Both the position numbers and the translations under genes were made by a program. Below the pieces are notes generated by a model. The model made no database searches and had not been told where the DNA came from. It saw only the letters and a list, made by a program, of their open reading frames with translations. From the human T2T-CHM13v2.0 reference genome, Homo sapiens: 64,000 nt of DNA. Positions 19,591-35,199 of this stretch are shown piece by piece. Where the stretch lies: assembly GCF_009914755.1 (NCBI RefSeq), contig NC_060939.1. One strand, given 5' to 3'. How positions within the stretch are numbered: position 1 is the first letter of the stretch; each line of letters opens with the position of its first letter.

Positions 19591-21130
19591 CACTTCTACA
19601 ACTGGCATTTACATCAGTCACTCTAAATGGACACCACATGAACCTCTGTTTAGAATACCTACGTATGTATGCATTGGTTTGCTTGTTTCTTGACAGTACA
19701 TTTTTAGATCTGGCCTTTTCTTAACAAAATCTGTGCAAAAGATGCAGGTGGATGTCCCTAGGTCTGTTTTCAAAGAACTTTTTCCAAGTGCTTGTTTTAT
19801 TTATTAAGTGTCTACCTGGTAAATGTTTTTTTTGTAAACTCTGAGTGGACTGTATCATTTGCTATTCTAAACCATTTTACACTTAAGTTAAAATAGTTTC
19901 TCTTCAGCTGTAAATAACAGGATACAGAATTAACAAGAGAAAATGTCTAACTTTTTAAGAAAAACCTTATTTTCTTCGGTTTTTGAAAAACATAATGGAA
20001 ATAAAACAGGATATTGACATAATAGCACAAAATGACACTCTTCTAAAACTAAATGGGCACAAGAGAATTTTCCTGGGAAAGTTCACATCAAAAAGAGTGA
20101 ATGTGGTATATTTCTAAATGATATGGAAAATAGAGACAGATTTGTCCTTTACAGAAATTACTGAGTGTGAATAAAAACTTCAGATCCAAGAAATATATAA
20201 TGAGAGATATAATTTTTGTTAATAAGACAAAGGTAATATATTGGATACAAAGACACAAATGTATTGTGTGTTCAATTATTTTGTTGTCTTGAGATTTAAT
20301 ATTCTTTCCAAGAGCTTTTAATGAAGCAGAGAGCTAGTACTTCATTTTCACTGGATACATTTTCAGCATCATGAGTTGTCACAGCCTCTGAGCCCCTGAT
20401 CTGAAGCCAGAAGGGCTGAGTGTATTGTAAACTTATTCTTGCATGTTGCTGTCTGGGAATGGACCACACTACAGCAGGTAGTTCTGGGGGCGATACTGCC
20501 GAAAGGCCCGAACACATGTATTTTGGCTGCAATTGAGGAACTTGGGATGCTATTAATTTTGTATTTCAGCAACTGCCCCTTCTCCTATCCCAAAGCACCA
20601 ATTACTGCCCTCTGCCTCAGCAGTACCAGTATAAGATGACATTCCAAAGACTGGAGGCAACTCAGCCTGAGTTAATTCACAAAATTATGCCATGCTGGGG
20701 CTTGAGCTTGAGCTTGGGCTTAGGCTTGGGCTCAGCTTTTGACCCTCAGGCATCTCCTTTTCCTTCCTGTCTTCCTCTCCCTTCTCCTCTGCTGCAGCAT
20801 GATTTTCTTAATCTTCAGACACTCACTATTTTCATGAACAGTTACCCTCTGTCCCCACAACCAAAGACAACTCATGGCCTCCTTTGGCCCTTGTGTAACA
20901 TTGCAAACCTGTGGCTTTGCAAAATGTACCCAGGTCACAAGGGGATTTTTTTTTTTTTAGCAATGATATCCCTGTCTGGGTCACTTTTTAAGCTTGTAAC
21001 CGCCCCCCCAGACTTATAATCTTAAATGTATTTTCCTTTGTTTAAGCTGCTGCTTCCTCTGTTTCATTGGATTGTGCCAGTTATCAGTGGCTCTTGGGTT
21101 CAAAGTAATAAAGAATTCCAAAACTGAGAT
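19591..21130 (+). other. IDH3A: IDH3A 3' UTR with alternative poly(A) signals
   Basis: Follows the stop codon; AATAAA at 20000-20005, 20170-20175 and 21107-21112; exact 3' end inferred. Confidence 0.65.
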
Positions 21131-21289
21131 GTTTGCTTTCTCTACCTGTTTCCTGTTCAGATGCCTTCGGTCATTTTGGCTCAGCTTGCTACTGAGAATG
21201 GCTGCTTCCCGTATTCAGAATGGAAGTGGGGTGGTCTGGTGGCGACAGGCTAACGTAGAGCTGGCTGCTTTTATGAGAATGCGCCACTT

Positions 21290-22028
21290 GACCCCATCCT
21301 GCACCTTTGTTTATTCCAGGGCACTAATGGTCACTCGCATGCCCGCTGTGCACAGTCCTGTGAGTTAAATGCCCACTACTCTCTGCACTGGTCCCACCTG
21401 CTCAATTGACAAAAAAAATCAGGTCCTTGTTGACAGTTCTGTTAAAAGGTTTAATATTCAAATTATACATTAAATAGAATCAAACAGGCAGCAGCAGTTT
21501 TATTAAGCATCAAGTCAGTTGGCATGTGGGTGGCGGAGTGCCTGGTAATGGAATAATAGGGTCGGCGATGCCCGCCAAGATTCCAGAGTAAGTCAGGTCG
21601 CTAGGTGAGTTGTGACTGATTGCTTTTCCTGCAGCGCACGTGAGCAGTATCAGCCATCTCTCTCCTACCCGCTCCACAGCCTACTGCTGGCTGTCCTGTA
21701 TGTGAGCTAGCAGCTTTTTAATCTACCTGGAACTAAGGCCAAAAATTATCAGCCCTTTCGTTCTGGAAGGAGAGCTGATCTCATTTGTCACCTGAACAAA
21801 AAGCAATACTTAAACTGAATTAAAACTACCCACACGTGAAGCTTCTTGGAATTGTCAGCTATTGTTGGCGTAAGACCTGGTAAATGTAGAGCCAGTGCTG
21901 TGCCCTGACCTGGAGATCTAACAGACTTGGCAGAAATGCCTGTGCCCAGACTGAAGAGACCTGGGGCTCAGGAAGAGGCTCGGAACGCCTGCCCTCTATT
22001 CTATAGAAACTGCAGGCATAGGCCCTGA
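21290..22028 (-). other. ACSBG1: ACSBG1 3' UTR
   Basis: Follows the stop on the - strand; - strand AATAAA at 21499-21504 and 21310-21315, ATTAAA at 21450-21455; end inferred. Confidence 0.6.
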
Positions 22029-22114
22029 TTACATTTTTTGCTCTTGGTAAAAGGAGTCAATGATACCTTTGTACTTCTCCAAAACTGTGAGCCGTTTCAG
22101 TTTCATCGTGGGAC
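22029..22114 (-). CDS. ACSBG1: ACSBG1 last coding exon (exon 14; PTMKLKRLTVLEKYKGIIDSFYQEQKM*)
   Basis: tttag|GTCCC...ATG TAA; PTMKLKR acyl-CoA synthetase C-terminal motif. Confidence 0.95.
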
Positions 22115-22239
22115 CTAAAAGGGAAATGAGAATAAATGAGTGAGGCCCAGGCTCTGAGAACTCTGAGAATGTGTGTGGTAAAGACTCACACTCAGTCCTA
22201 TATATAACTCAGGAATTAAGCCAGATAATCAGGACCGTC

Positions 22240-22900
22240 AGTAGCCAGCCTCCAAGACAGTGATCGCTCCTGGTATTCATATGGCTTGTGTGTAGTCTCC
22301 TGTGTTATACCACTGGTTGTGGCCAGTGGAGTATAGATGAAGGGTTGGTATGTCACCTCTGAGAATAGGTTATAAAAGATCAGTTTCTTTTATACACATA
22401 GGAAAGTAGTGTAAGCTACATCTGCCTTTTCCTTGACCTGTACCCAGTTTTGACCCTCAGTCCATTTTCTCTGAAATGGATTTATTTGTTCCATCTCTTG
22501 AATGAATAAATTGTTGAAGCAATTAAAAAATAGACTAGGTTTCTGTCTTGGGCTTTCTCTTGGACCATTCTTCCTGGGCAAGCCGGCTGCCATGTTGTGA
22601 GGATACACAGCCCATGAGAGGCCCACTGGCCACACACGGATGTTTCTGGCCAGCAGACAGCAAGGAGCTGAGGCCTGCCGACAGCCACGTAAGTGAGCGC
22701 GGAGGTGAGCCTCAGCTGCAAGTGACTGCACCCAGCTCACATTGACTGTAATCCCGTGAGACCCAAGCCAGAACCACTCAGCTAAGCTGTTCCTGGATTC
22801 TTGACCCATAGAAATGTGGATAATAAATGTTTACTGCTTTAGGCTGCTACATTTTTGGGGTCATTTGTTACACAGCAATGTATTAGATAGCTAGTACACA
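22240..22900 (+). mobile_element. MLT1 (MaLR) LTR relic with an interruption at ~22385-22545
   Basis: gccatgttgtgagg...aataaatgtttactgctttaggctgcta...tttgttacacagcaat is typical of MLT1 3' ends. Confidence 0.65.
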
Positions 22901-23648
22901 TCATCTCTGCATTTTTGTGAACGTTTATACAACGTTGGACATTATGCTTTGATGGTTGTGATGGGGGTAGGGGAAGCCCAGGTTATGGGGAGCCTCTGCC
23001 ATGGTCTTTATGAGAGGTCTTCCCCTAATTACTTTTCTTAACCTTGATTTATCCCCCAAAAGCAAGTTTGAAAGAGCTCTGATTTGAGGTCCTGGGTAGC
23101 TTAAAGTGCCTAACTCACTCTTGACTGTGTAACTGGAAACTTTCTGTGTTAAAGTCATTATATTAACTGCTTAGTGAAGACATCTTCTGTCTCTCTGACC
23201 TTGCGTTCAATATGCTGGCAGCAGACAGCCAGATAAGCTCAAGGTCTCTGATTGCAGCTCAGCTTTGCTGTAGACAATTGCATCTGGGTTCAGCCGTGAT
23301 GGATTTGAGGGAATCACACTGGCATAACCATTTCTACCTCTCCTGTTCTATGAACATCCCATGAACATCTCTTGGCTACAGCCAAGAGTGACTTCAGCTG
23401 AGGCTGCACCAGAGCCCTCTCCTGGTTCTGTGGGCAGTGGTCCGGAACAGCCTTATCCCTTTGTCACACAAGCTGACTTTCCGGAAGATCACAGTACTCT
23501 CACCCCTAGAACCACGTGACTCCAGGCTGAACACTAGCAGGGCCTTGGTGTTGGCCTGGTAGTTCCATTGTGATTTTCGGAGAAAACAGTCCCATAGTCA
23601 AGGCCAAGTTAAATGTCATGTTCAGATTAGAAAGTTCTAGCACATATC

Positions 23649-23976
<328 letters not shown>

Positions 23977-24172
23977 TCAACAGACTCCACATAACCACAA
24001 GCCCATGCATGGAGCCATCAATGTCCTCTAACAGGAAGTAGATGGGTGTCACCCAGATTCCTGCCATGACCTTCTCTTTGCCGTGGCTGCTTCCTAACAG
24101 GCACCTCCTAGGCACTGCCATGGCCTCTGCCTTCCCACACAGCCCTTGCAATGGTGAAAAGGAAAAACCTAC

Positions 24173-24419
24173 CCAACTCTCCACCCGAAATGGAGAAGTC
24201 TCTCTCGAGAATGGCCCACTTCTGGATGTGGTAGGGCCGGGCCGCCGCGTTCATGTTGACCCTCCGGATCCCCTCTTCGATGGCCTGGTACACGGCCTCA
24301 TCCTTCTTCTCTATGATCTCGGACACTGTGGTGGCTCTGCTGCCCACCCTCTGGCAGAACTCCACAGCTTGTTCAGTCAGATTATCAGTCTGGTCAGAGG
24401 TGTCTGGGTCCAGAGTGCA
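24173..24419 (-). CDS. ACSBG1: ACSBG1 exon 13 (CTLDPDTSD...DFSISGGEL)
   Basis: ttcag|TGC...TTGG|gtaggt; 247 nt. Confidence 0.95.
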
Positions 24420-24964
24420 CTGAAAAGCCAGAGATCAGATGAGGACCAAGCCTTACCCAACAAGACGTAAGCCCTGGTCCTGGAGGAGGTCTTACTGCTG
24501 TCGGCAAGGGTGTGAATCATGTGAGCTCTGTTTCAAAGAGACGGTTCTAGAATGAGTAGCTGCTACTGTGTTGAGCCTCGTGTTATTGTGGAAGGAGCAG
24601 TGATCTGAGAATTAGAAGAGCTCGGTCAGTGACGTCATTGTCTGTAAAGCAGGGACGGTAACTCCTGCCTGTCTACCACCCTGGGGTCCAAGTACCTGCA
24701 GAGAGCAATGAGGGAGGGCAGCAGCACTTTGTAGACGGGAAAGTGCCAGTAACATGTAAAGGATCATCACGGTGGCTTATGTGGGACAGAAGGAATTTCC
24801 ACGTGCCACAGTTTTTCCTACAGTGCAGGCAGCATGGACTTGAGTCATTCCAGAATGAAGCCATGAGATCTGGATGTGCCCTGTGCTGAATGTGGCTTCT
24901 GCCAGCCAGACCCACAGACCCCCTCACTGGCTGCTCCTTCTGAGCTGGAGCCCCCCAGACACAC

Positions 24965-25104
24965 CTTCAAGGTGAGCAGCATGGACAGGAACTTCCTCTG
25001 GTCCCCAATGAGCATGGCGTTGCTGATGATGGGCAGCTCCATCTTCACGGCCTCCTCGATGGGCACAGGGGGCACATTCTCCCCACCAGCTGTGATGATT
25101 AATT
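24965..25104 (-). CDS. ACSBG1: ACSBG1 exon 12 ([16 protein letters not shown]...LLTLK)
   Basis: cccag|AA...AAG|gtgtgt; 140 nt; GGENV motif. Confidence 0.96.
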
Positions 25105-26539
25105 CTGGGGAGGCAAGGCCAGGCCCCCGGCACAGAATGTAGTCCAGGTGCCCCAGCTGAACCACAACCCAAGCCTCAACCACAACCCGGAAGCCTCAGC
25201 ACAGCTGGAGATGCCCCCTTTCTGGGAGCCAAGAAGCAGTGGCAGGCCCTCCAAAGCAACTCACACCTGCTTGGGGGCTGGTGGCAGCACCCCGACGACA
25301 AATGCTCACCCAAGTTTCCCTCTCCTCGGCTTGTCATCCACGACTCAGCCTGCTCAGACATCTCATCCATGGCCCCCTTCTGCCAGTCCCAGTTCCTGCC
25401 CCCAAATAGCCCGTGTCATTTCCCTTCCCTGCCTTTGCTTAATAACTACCATCCCTGTCACTCACACAGCACTCACCACCATGCTAAGCACTTCACATGC
25501 AGTAATTCATTTAACTGTCACAATAAACCAATAATGAAGCAGACACTCTTATTGTTTTGCAGATGAGGAAACTGAGGCACAGAGACGTTCAGTAACTTGT
25601 CCAAGCTCACATGCTACTAAGTGGCAGAGCTAAGGTTTTAAATCCAGTCCATTTCCAGAGCCCATGCTCTCACCTGCCCTGCTAGGATGGCTCTCCCCTT
25701 GCTTGTACCCTTCTCCCTGGAAGGTCCTCTCCCCTTCTTTCCTTCTGTCCAACAGACTGCCAGGCACTCAGTGCCCTAGCCTGCTGTTGTCTGATAGTAC
25801 TGATGGCTTACTTCTAGGCTAGATGGCAATAAATTCAATAAAATAAATTTAACGAATGTACATTGACTAATTTTAGTGAGACTGTACTCCTGTCCCTCAT
25901 TTCTATCTAATTCAAAAAAGATTAATTGGTCACATTCTGTGCACAGGTCCTGTGCTGACATCAGGCACAGAATAGAACAAGGCTGCCCATGGCTGCAAGG
26001 AGCCCACAGTGCAGGGGGGCAGTGAGACAGAGGGAGGCACAGGGGCTGCAGGGCCAGGGCAGGGAGGCACCAGGCCCAGCTGCATGCTAAACATGAACGG
26101 GAGTTGGCAGGCAGAGGGCAGGACAGAAGCTGAAGCTCACAGGCCTTAAGGGAACTGCAGGTAGCAAGTGAGACAGAGGCTGGAGAGGAGCAGGGAAGAT
26201 CTTAGAGGCCTCCAGTGCTGGCTCAGGAGCTGGATTGTGTGCAGGCAGCTGGGAATTACTGAATGGTGTGAGATCAAAGTTTTAGGGTACTCTGGTAGCT
26301 GGGGTGAAGAGTGGTTATTCAGGGACAGGCTGGCTAGAGAGGAATCCATGGCAAGTGTCTATATGATCAGGGTTTGTCTAGGACAGCAGAAGTCAGGTGA
26401 AGAGGAGAAGACAGACTCTGGAAATGTGGGAAGACAAAAACCCAGCCTCCCCAAAATATGCCTCATCATTGCTACCTCATTCCTGCCCTTTTCTCCTCAC
26501 TACGGCCCTCTGCATTCTTACCAGCATCTTTTACCATTA

Positions 26540-28030
<1,491 letters not shown>

Positions 28031-28803
28031 AGTTCTAAAAGGAGGGCCGGCTCTGGTTGAATTTGGTTTTCTGGCTACTATCCTCCCCCATGCAGGGATG
28101 TGGGTCCCCTCATCGGCCATTACAAAGAGGCACACTAGGCGGCGCCCATGGCACATCCAAGCAGTCACCTGTTGCTCCCGGGGTCTCACTGGAGGGTACC
28201 TCCAGGGCTCATCAGCCTGCACATCCCAGGGCCCAAACGCCACCGCGACCTTTTGTCCCTCCCTGGGGTGGCCGAGCCTCCATGGCCATCAGTTGGGTCC
28301 TGGGCATGGTCGCACACTGCCTGCATGATGTCCACAAAGTAGTTTACCCACTCAACTTAGCTTCAGTTTCCCCCATGAAGCCCTGGTGCAGGATTCCCAC
28401 GTGGATGCTGCGGGCATGACACCAACTTGGGTGAAGCAGGCAGAACATTCTTCCACAGAGGCATCCCCAACTATTTCTGTCTCTGTGGGAAGTTTGTCTT
28501 ATTTTAAATTTTATATCCAATTTGCATTCTATTCCCCATCATATCCGTGTTTGCATATAAAAATACATAATACTTACGCTCCTGAATCTTCTGGAAAGAC
28601 TTGCCTTGTTTCTCTAGGGGTCTGATTTCCAGCTCTGCCATTTACTAGCTGGGTGACCTTAGGCAAGTTACTTAACCTCTCTGGATGTCCTCATTAGCAA
28701 GTTAAGGTTAATAAGTACCTGCCCCATAGGAGAGTGGAGTAAATAAAACGATGTCACTAAAGGTGCCATCTTAATAAAAGCTCAAGACCAGCAGCTGGTG
28801 TAA

Positions 28804-29410
<607 letters not shown>

Positions 29411-30128
29411 CTGGCGAGGGAGGGGCCGGGAGACTGGTCAGAGGGAGCCGTCTCCTCCAAGCCCCCACTGGGGAGCCGGGGTCCCAACTGCTCGGTCTTC
29501 ACTGATTGCTAGAAGGTATCCCCTCACAGGGCTTTTGTATTTTTACAGGGGACTTAGAGCTGAAAGGTAGAGCCAAGTAAAGGGTTTTAGGGAATGAAGG
29601 AAGGAAGGAACAAATGAAATGGTAATGGTAGAACTTGGAGCACTGTGATAGGCTGGCAGGGAGAGGAGATATTTAATCATAATAGATGATCCTGCAAATC
29701 ACTCCCCAGAACTGACCGCCCTCACCGTCCATTAGGAGGCTGGCCTGGTCCCCCCAACTCCTACCCCAGCTGGCCCCTGGGCCATCTGCTCTCCTAGAAC
29801 ACACTGGAGCACACCCCACTCCAAAAGAGGGAGGGGCCAGAGGAAAACTGCTCCATAGGTTCAGGGGGCACCTGGGCTATGCAGGCTGTTTTCAACCACA
29901 GACTCACGACACGGTGGCAGAGGCCACTCCTACTAGACTGAGGATAAGCTAGGGACTTGGCCCAAGATGGCATTGTTGGCTCTCAGGGGCTCCATAGCCC
30001 AGTGGCCAGGTCTCTGGGACCCAACTGGCATGCAAAGAGAAGGGGATCCCCAGGGCACTCAGCAGGCGGGCACAAAGTACCAGCAAGGGCGCATGGGTGT
30101 GCATGTGTGTGGCAGCCTCGAGCCTCAC

Positions 30129-30359
30129 CTGTACAGCCGGTAGTTGTAGGGACTGGACATGAAGTGGGGGCCTGAGGTCTCACTGAGGCCGTAGCCCGCA
30201 TACAAGCGGATGTTGAGACCCAGGAAGAAGTGCTGTGTCTCTGCCATCATGGGGGCCGCTCCATAGAAGTTCTTTTGACACTTGGCAAATCCCAGTGCCT
30301 GGCGAACCTTGGCTAGCACCAGGTAATCTGCCAGTCTGGTTGTGAAGGGCTTCAGGTCG
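30129..30359 (-). CDS. ACSBG1: ACSBG1 exon 10 (DLKPFTTRLADY...GYGLSETSGP...YRLY)
   Basis: accag|CGA...CAG|gtgagg; 231 nt; GYGLSE motif. Confidence 0.97.
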
Positions 30360-30394
30360 CTGGTGGGAGAGGGAGAATGGTTCACAGAAGAAAT

Positions 30395-30425
<31 letters not shown>

Positions 30426-30428
30426 ACA
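30395..30428. repeat. (CA)13 TA (CA)3 microsatellite
   Basis: Seen directly. Confidence 0.95.
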
Positions 30429-31331
30429 TTAAAAGGGTGGTATGGTGGTATTCAGTGAGAACACCCTGGCTCGGCCATTCCAGTTGTCTGTTCCAGTTGG
30501 TTGGTTTGAATATTGAACCTGCCCGTGAACATGCATGCAGATGTAGGTATGCAGGCACATGGTTGTGTGCAAATATGTCTTGACCCAGGAAGTCAAACAG
30601 ATTCAGCTGTGTACAGGTGTACGGGCAACAACACAGACACATGCCATTTTGCACACACAATACACATGCACAGAAACTTGAAGTATGTATTCATGTATAC
30701 ACATGTACAAACGTGGGACCCCAGTGAAGCCCACAAATGCTTTGTTCGTGCATGTTCATGTTTCGTGTCTGTGCAAATGAAGCTGTGGATGCACAGATAT
30801 GTGCACACATCTCATGAAACATACCATTTCACAGGCACATGGGGAATGGAAACTACTTCTAAATTGAAACCAAGCCAGATTTACGTCACTGACCCTCCAT
30901 AGAACTATGTGGGAATTTTGAAAGCTATAGAAAGATAGAAAGGGCAAAATATCTGAGGGGTCACTTGGGATGCTGAAAAGGCCGGAAAGGCTAAGTCCTG
31001 ATCACTGTGGCCCCTTCTCCAGCCACTTACTGAGGTCAGGAGACCTCAGGAGATTGTGCCAGAAGCTGCTCCTAGGGAGGTGAATTTCACTTCAGAGAAA
31101 GCAAGTTACTCCTCCCAGTCAGAATCCAAAGGTGGAGCGACTGTCCCCAGCAGGCCCTGGGAAACGCACAGGAGCTCAAGCCCAGTCATTGATGGGGCCT
31201 CTGCACGGGGTCTCCAGAGCTGCCCGGCCACTGGAACCGGGACAGGCATGGCGTATCAGACCCTCACTGTGTTTTGGGTTATGACCCAGCCCACTCTCTC
31301 CCCAGGCCTCCCGCCCGTGGGCCCTCTGTAC

Positions 31332-31513
31332 CTGCCGGGGCAGGTGAGGTTCTGCTCCAAGGTCACCGACATGGCCCACAGCAGCATCTTTCGCCGGATG
31401 AAGCCAGACTGAGCCGCCACCTCCTGGATGCGCTCCATGATCTTCTCCCATACCCGGGGCACCCCCATGTGTGATGTGGGCTCCACCTCCCGCAGCGTGT
31501 TCACCAGGCTCCC
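31332..31513 (-). CDS. ACSBG1: ACSBG1 exon 9 (GSLVNTLREVEPT...GVPRVWEK...LTCPG)
   Basis: aacag|GGG...CAG|gtacag; 182 nt. Confidence 0.96.
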
Positions 31514-31992
31514 CTGTTCACACCAGAAGAGGCAGGCCTGTTGAGTCAGGGGCATCTGGGGCCCAGGGGTCCCCTCTTACCAGCCAGGCATGCCGGTGGC
31601 ACACACATGCTCCAACGGGCACCCACACACACCTGCACGCAAGGTGTGGCACATACTGTTTCCTCAATGGCTGTCGCCTTGCTTTTTGCTCACAGAACCC
31701 TGGTGGCAGGCAGCAGTCAGGCAGCCAGTGCTGACCTCAGTCTCATCCCAGCCCTGAGCATGGCAACTCTCCATGAGTCTAACTCAGACACAAGAATCCC
31801 ATTCCCCTCGGCAGCATATGGTTTGAGAACAGACAGGTGACACTTTGGGACACTGAGATGCTGGTGGAGGGAAACTTGCTGGGGGGTTTCTGGGAAAGTT
31901 TTCCTCACAGTTAAAATAAGGGTCCAAAGAACAGGTATATCCTGTGAAGCTGGGATTCAGGGAAGGGCTGTAGCCTTCTGGTGATACTCTGA

Positions 31993-32369
<377 letters not shown>

Positions 32370-32545
32370 TAGTTTCCCTTCTTGTTTGGTCATTCGAGTC
32401 AGGCTGTGCCCACTGCAGCTGACAGAATTCTGACTGATACATGCACAGGAACAGCACACACACAAATGCACTCAGGGCCCACAGACACATGTGGACGTGG
32501 CCTGGCACACGGGCTCAGACGGACACACGGTAAAGGCAGACTGAC

Positions 32546-32722
32546 CTTCAGGGCGTCGGGTTCGGCAAAGCAAACCTGGGCCCCCCACTGGATGCCTGTC
32601 CACAGGTCGTAGATCTGGGCGGCAATATGGCTGAGGGGCAGGTAGCTGACTACCACCTCCTGCTGGACTTCTGCCGGCCGGATGTCACCGGCCTGGCTGC
32701 CGTACCGTGCCGTCCACGTGAT
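32546..32722 (-). CDS. ACSBG1: ACSBG1 exon 8 (ITWTARYG...SYLPLSHIAA...PDALK)
   Basis: tccag|ATC...AAG|gtcagt; 177 nt; SYLPLSH motif. Confidence 0.97.
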
Positions 32723-33041
32723 CTGGAGGACAAGTAGATGGATCCCAGCAGCGTCCACAAGCCAGCCCTGGCGGTGCTCACAACTGTGGCCACCCTGGGG
32801 GCCAGCCCCAGTGTGGTGCCCCCTGTGGCGATTCTGCAGGCTCTGAAAACCCCAGGACAGGCCTCCCCTCCCCCTTGCTGAGCTCAGTCTGGGCCACAGA
32901 TTGATGGGCTGTTCTACCTATCCCAGCTCCTAGAGCAGAGGGGCCCAAGGAGCTTTCCCAGGGGCTACTGGGGCAGAGCCATGGCCCAGATCCACCCATA
33001 ACCCCCTTGCACCCCCCCACCCCACCGGGCATCTGTCCTAC

Positions 33042-33191
33042 ATTGTCTTGACTCAGCATCACGCCCTTGGGGTTCCCAGTGGTGCCGGAAGTGTAGACTA
33101 GCACACAGCACTGGTTGGGCTGCTGGGTGTCAATGATGGCGTCCAGGGCTTCCTCAGGCACTTCATTCCCCAGCTCCATGAATTCCTCCAT
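33042..33191 (-). CDS. ACSBG1: ACSBG1 exon 7 (MEEFMELG...YTSGTTGNPKGVMLSQDN)
   Basis: tacag|ATG...AAT|gtagga; 150 nt; AMP-binding signature YTSGTTGNPKG. Confidence 0.97.
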
Positions 33192-33280
33192 CTGTAGCCA
33201 GATGCAGGGAGCAGGCAGGCTAGGTCAGCTGGGTGGGCCCAATAGGCCCCACCTGGCGCCCAGGGCCCCACTGCCCATAC

Positions 33281-33361
33281 CGTGTACACATTGGCCATCT
33301 TGTTTGGAGGAGGTTCTTTATATATCACGACTGCCTTTAGATGTGGCAACTGTTTCCAGAT
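33281..33361 (-). CDS. ACSBG1: ACSBG1 exon 6 (IWKQLPHLKAVVIYKEPPPNKMANVYT)
   Basis: tgcag|ATC...ACG|gtatgg; 81 nt. Confidence 0.95.
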
Positions 33362-33758
33362 CTGCATTGACAGGAAAAATAGATCAGGTTTCAGTAAGAG
33401 AAATGTCACCTTCTAAAAAGTACCCCATCTCCCTGTGTGAGTCGGCTTAGTAAAGGTCTCTGGGTGCCCCGTCTCTGACCTTCGACCCCAGCAGGACAAC
33501 TGCCACCCTTCACCCATAGTTTCCCTCCTGAGAACTTGGGAGCAGTAAAGGTGGGGATAGCCAGGGGACTGGGGATGACTCCCCATTGAAGGAAAACCAC
33601 CAAACAAGCTGGGGCTTGGTTGAACAAACCATGATCCAGCCACACAATGGAGTAGTGCTATGTGACTGTAGGAGAAAGAGGGAGAGGAGCAGAGGGCAGA
33701 GGAGAGAGGGAGAGAATTCTATGTGCAGAGAGTGAGTGGTTTCTAGGATATATTATTA

Positions 33759-34265
<507 letters not shown>

Positions 34266-34754
34266 TCACATGATTTTGACTTTGGAATCATGTAAATGTC
34301 TTAACCATTTGAAAAATAAAGTTATATGTAAAAGGAAGTCAGGTGTGGTGGCTCATGCCTGTGATCCCAGCTACTTGGGAGGCTGAGGCAGAAGGATTGC
34401 TTGAGGCCAGGAGTTTGAGACCAGCCTGGGCAATATAGTGAGGCCGTATCTTTGGGGCGGGGCGGGTGGGGCGGGGAACACTACAAAATTTTTAGAAAGG
34501 GAAAAAATGAGTTCCTAAAACTTGAAAACACTCTGAAAGAAATAAGTTAGCCCAAGATCAAGGAACCAGAAGAAAAAAAAAGAAAGAAATGAATTAGACT
34601 ACATACTAAGTTAGTAACATAACCACACACACACAGAATTACATCAAGATCAAGGAATTTTATAATAGTACACTTTGATTCCTCTTTTTCAGTGGCACTC
34701 TAAAGGCAAAAAGGAATTTCAAATTCTATGCAATAGTCTTATTGGTTTCTGGGG

Positions 34755-35058
34755 TTTTGTTTTGTTGGTTTTGTTTGTTTTGTTTTGGAGACAGGTTCTT
34801 GCTCTATGGTATGATCATGGCCCACTGCAGCCTCAAACCCCTGGGCTCCCATGATCCTGCCTCAGCCTCCCGAGTAGCTGGGACTACATGTTCACACCAC
34901 CACATGTCGCTAATTAAATTTTTCCTTTTTTTTTATGTAGAGACAGGGGGGTCTCACTATGTTGCCCAGGCTGATCTTGAACTCCTGGGCTCAAGAGATC
35001 CTTCTGCCTTGGCCTCCCAAAGTGCTGGGATTATACGAATGAGCTGCTGCACCTGGCC
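34755..35058 (-). mobile_element. AluJ-like
   Basis: Diverged Alu consensus. Confidence 0.8.
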
Positions 35059-35199
35059 TTATTGTTGGTAATAATACTGATAATACTATTTCAAAATTAT
35101 TTGATATATACTGTAGGATTATGTTAATCCTATAAGGAACTAAGATTTTAAGGTAAAATAAAAGAAATACAAGAATAAATAAAGTAAGCTAAAACCTCA

